64,000 nt of DNA. Origin: an uncultured Verrucomicrobiae bacterium. Lineage in GTDB: Bacteria; Verrucomicrobiota; Verrucomicrobiia; Chthoniobacterales; UBA10450. Below the pieces are notes generated by a model. The model was given only the letters and a program-made list of their open reading frames with translations. It was not told where the DNA came from and ran no database searches. A program made the position numbers and the translations under genes. Shown here piece by piece: positions 63,287 to 64,000 of the stretch. Position 1 is the stretch's first letter. Each line of letters opens with the position of its first letter. The DNA is taken from assembly GCA_963801815.1 (NCBI GenBank), contig CAWDGJ010000007.1, positions 96,001 through 160,000 on the forward strand. Direction: 5' to 3'.

Positions 63287-63574
63287 AGGCAGACTTATCA
63301 AATTAGGTTAAAGCAGTTGTGGTACCAGTATCCGTTTTACAAAATCCCAATCTAGTGAGGCAGGGCTAGAAGGGCTCGTCTTCGTTTCAAGATCGTGGTG
63401 TCCTGTTAGGTGGGTTCTGTTTTACGAGAAAACCCCCCGTCTAGGCAAGGGAAATCGCAGAAAACTTTTTACGGAGTTTCGTAAATAACGTTTAACTAAC
63501 CACCGTCCCTAACCCCTGGGACGCGCCCCGAGAAATTCTCCCTCCTTGGCCCGCGCTAAGCTGATATTACGCCC

Positions 63575-64000
63575 ATGTTGCCAGTTTCGCGCCCGGCCCC
63601 TTGTTTGTTCTCCGGGATTCTGCTCGGGTTGGCCTTCGCTATCGGCTTCGCCAGCCCTTCGCCCATCTATGGGGGCAGTGACAACAAAGAGCCGCAAATC
63701 GAATACATCGCTCCGGACGGCAAGTTATCTTCACTATCCGCCGCGAACCCGGCCGCTCACGAATCCAATGCGGCGTTCATTGATAGCAACACGGTCAGTT
63801 GCGCGTTAAAGGAGGGCGAGACTACTTTTATTATCGAGTTGCCAAAGAATATCGCGACGGATCGATTCATTTTCTTAAACGAGAATGCTGCGGCGTGTGG
63901 TGAGCTTCGAATCGCGGTTTCCGACTCGTCCCTTCCGGCGGACAGCCCAAAATGGACACAAGTGGATGGAATTGTCCCATTCGCTCACAAACGGTTGTTC
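63575..64000 (+). CDS. Partial hypothetical exported protein, probably frameshifted
   Basis: Hydrophobic GILLGLAFAIGFAS segment, then VSCALKEGETTFIIEL...; runs off the window. Confidence 0.4.
   Translation, partial: MLPVSRPAPCLFSGILLGLAFAIGFASPSPIYGGSDNKEPQIEYIAPDGKLSSLSAANPAAHESNAAFIDSNTVSCALKEGETTFIIELPKNIATDRFIFLNENAAACGELRIAVSDSSLPADSPKWTQVDGIVPFAHKRLF

Noticed and set aside
63300..63560. ops/JUMPstart or sigma54 site upstream of the polysaccharide operon
   Set aside because: No GGCGGTAG or TGGCAC-N5-TTGC match found on the coding strand

Overview
Bacterial chromosomal window, about 55-58% GC by eye. The gene set (RNase HIII, CdaA-type diadenylate cyclase after folP, stand-alone GlmU-like acetyltransferase, single-repeat PUR protein, split coaC/coaB) suggests a PVC-superphylum organism, most likely a soil verrucomicrobium (Chthoniobacterales-like); this is inference. 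Bases 1-40 kb are mostly housekeeping genes (rpsT, rnhC, mutY, trpB, yicC-gmk-coaC-coaB, suhB-ispF-cysS, tRNA-Ser, chdC, gcvT/H, xseB-dxs, scpA, rodA, dacA-folP, rnr, ppdK). Bases 40-63.3 kb are a Wzx/Wzy-type polysaccharide locus. Many genes beyond ~18 kb carry single-base frameshifts, including essential ones, which points to uncorrected long-read indels rather than pseudogenes. No CRISPR array, prophage or intact transposase was seen. The most notable signals lie outside the ORF track: (i) a stand-alone unit (perfect -35, SD, structured UTRs, terminator) encoding a 19-aa Lys/Arg-rich peptide; (ii) inverted tandem micro-repeat elements with 7-, 8- and 9-nt units, one enclosing a four-helix-bundle (Avd/IVP-like) gene and two empty; (iii) a REP-like palindrome inserted in frame in RNase R; (iv) a degenerate attC site marking a DUF1801 gene as a probable stranded integron cassette; (v) several REP/MITE-like families, one nested.
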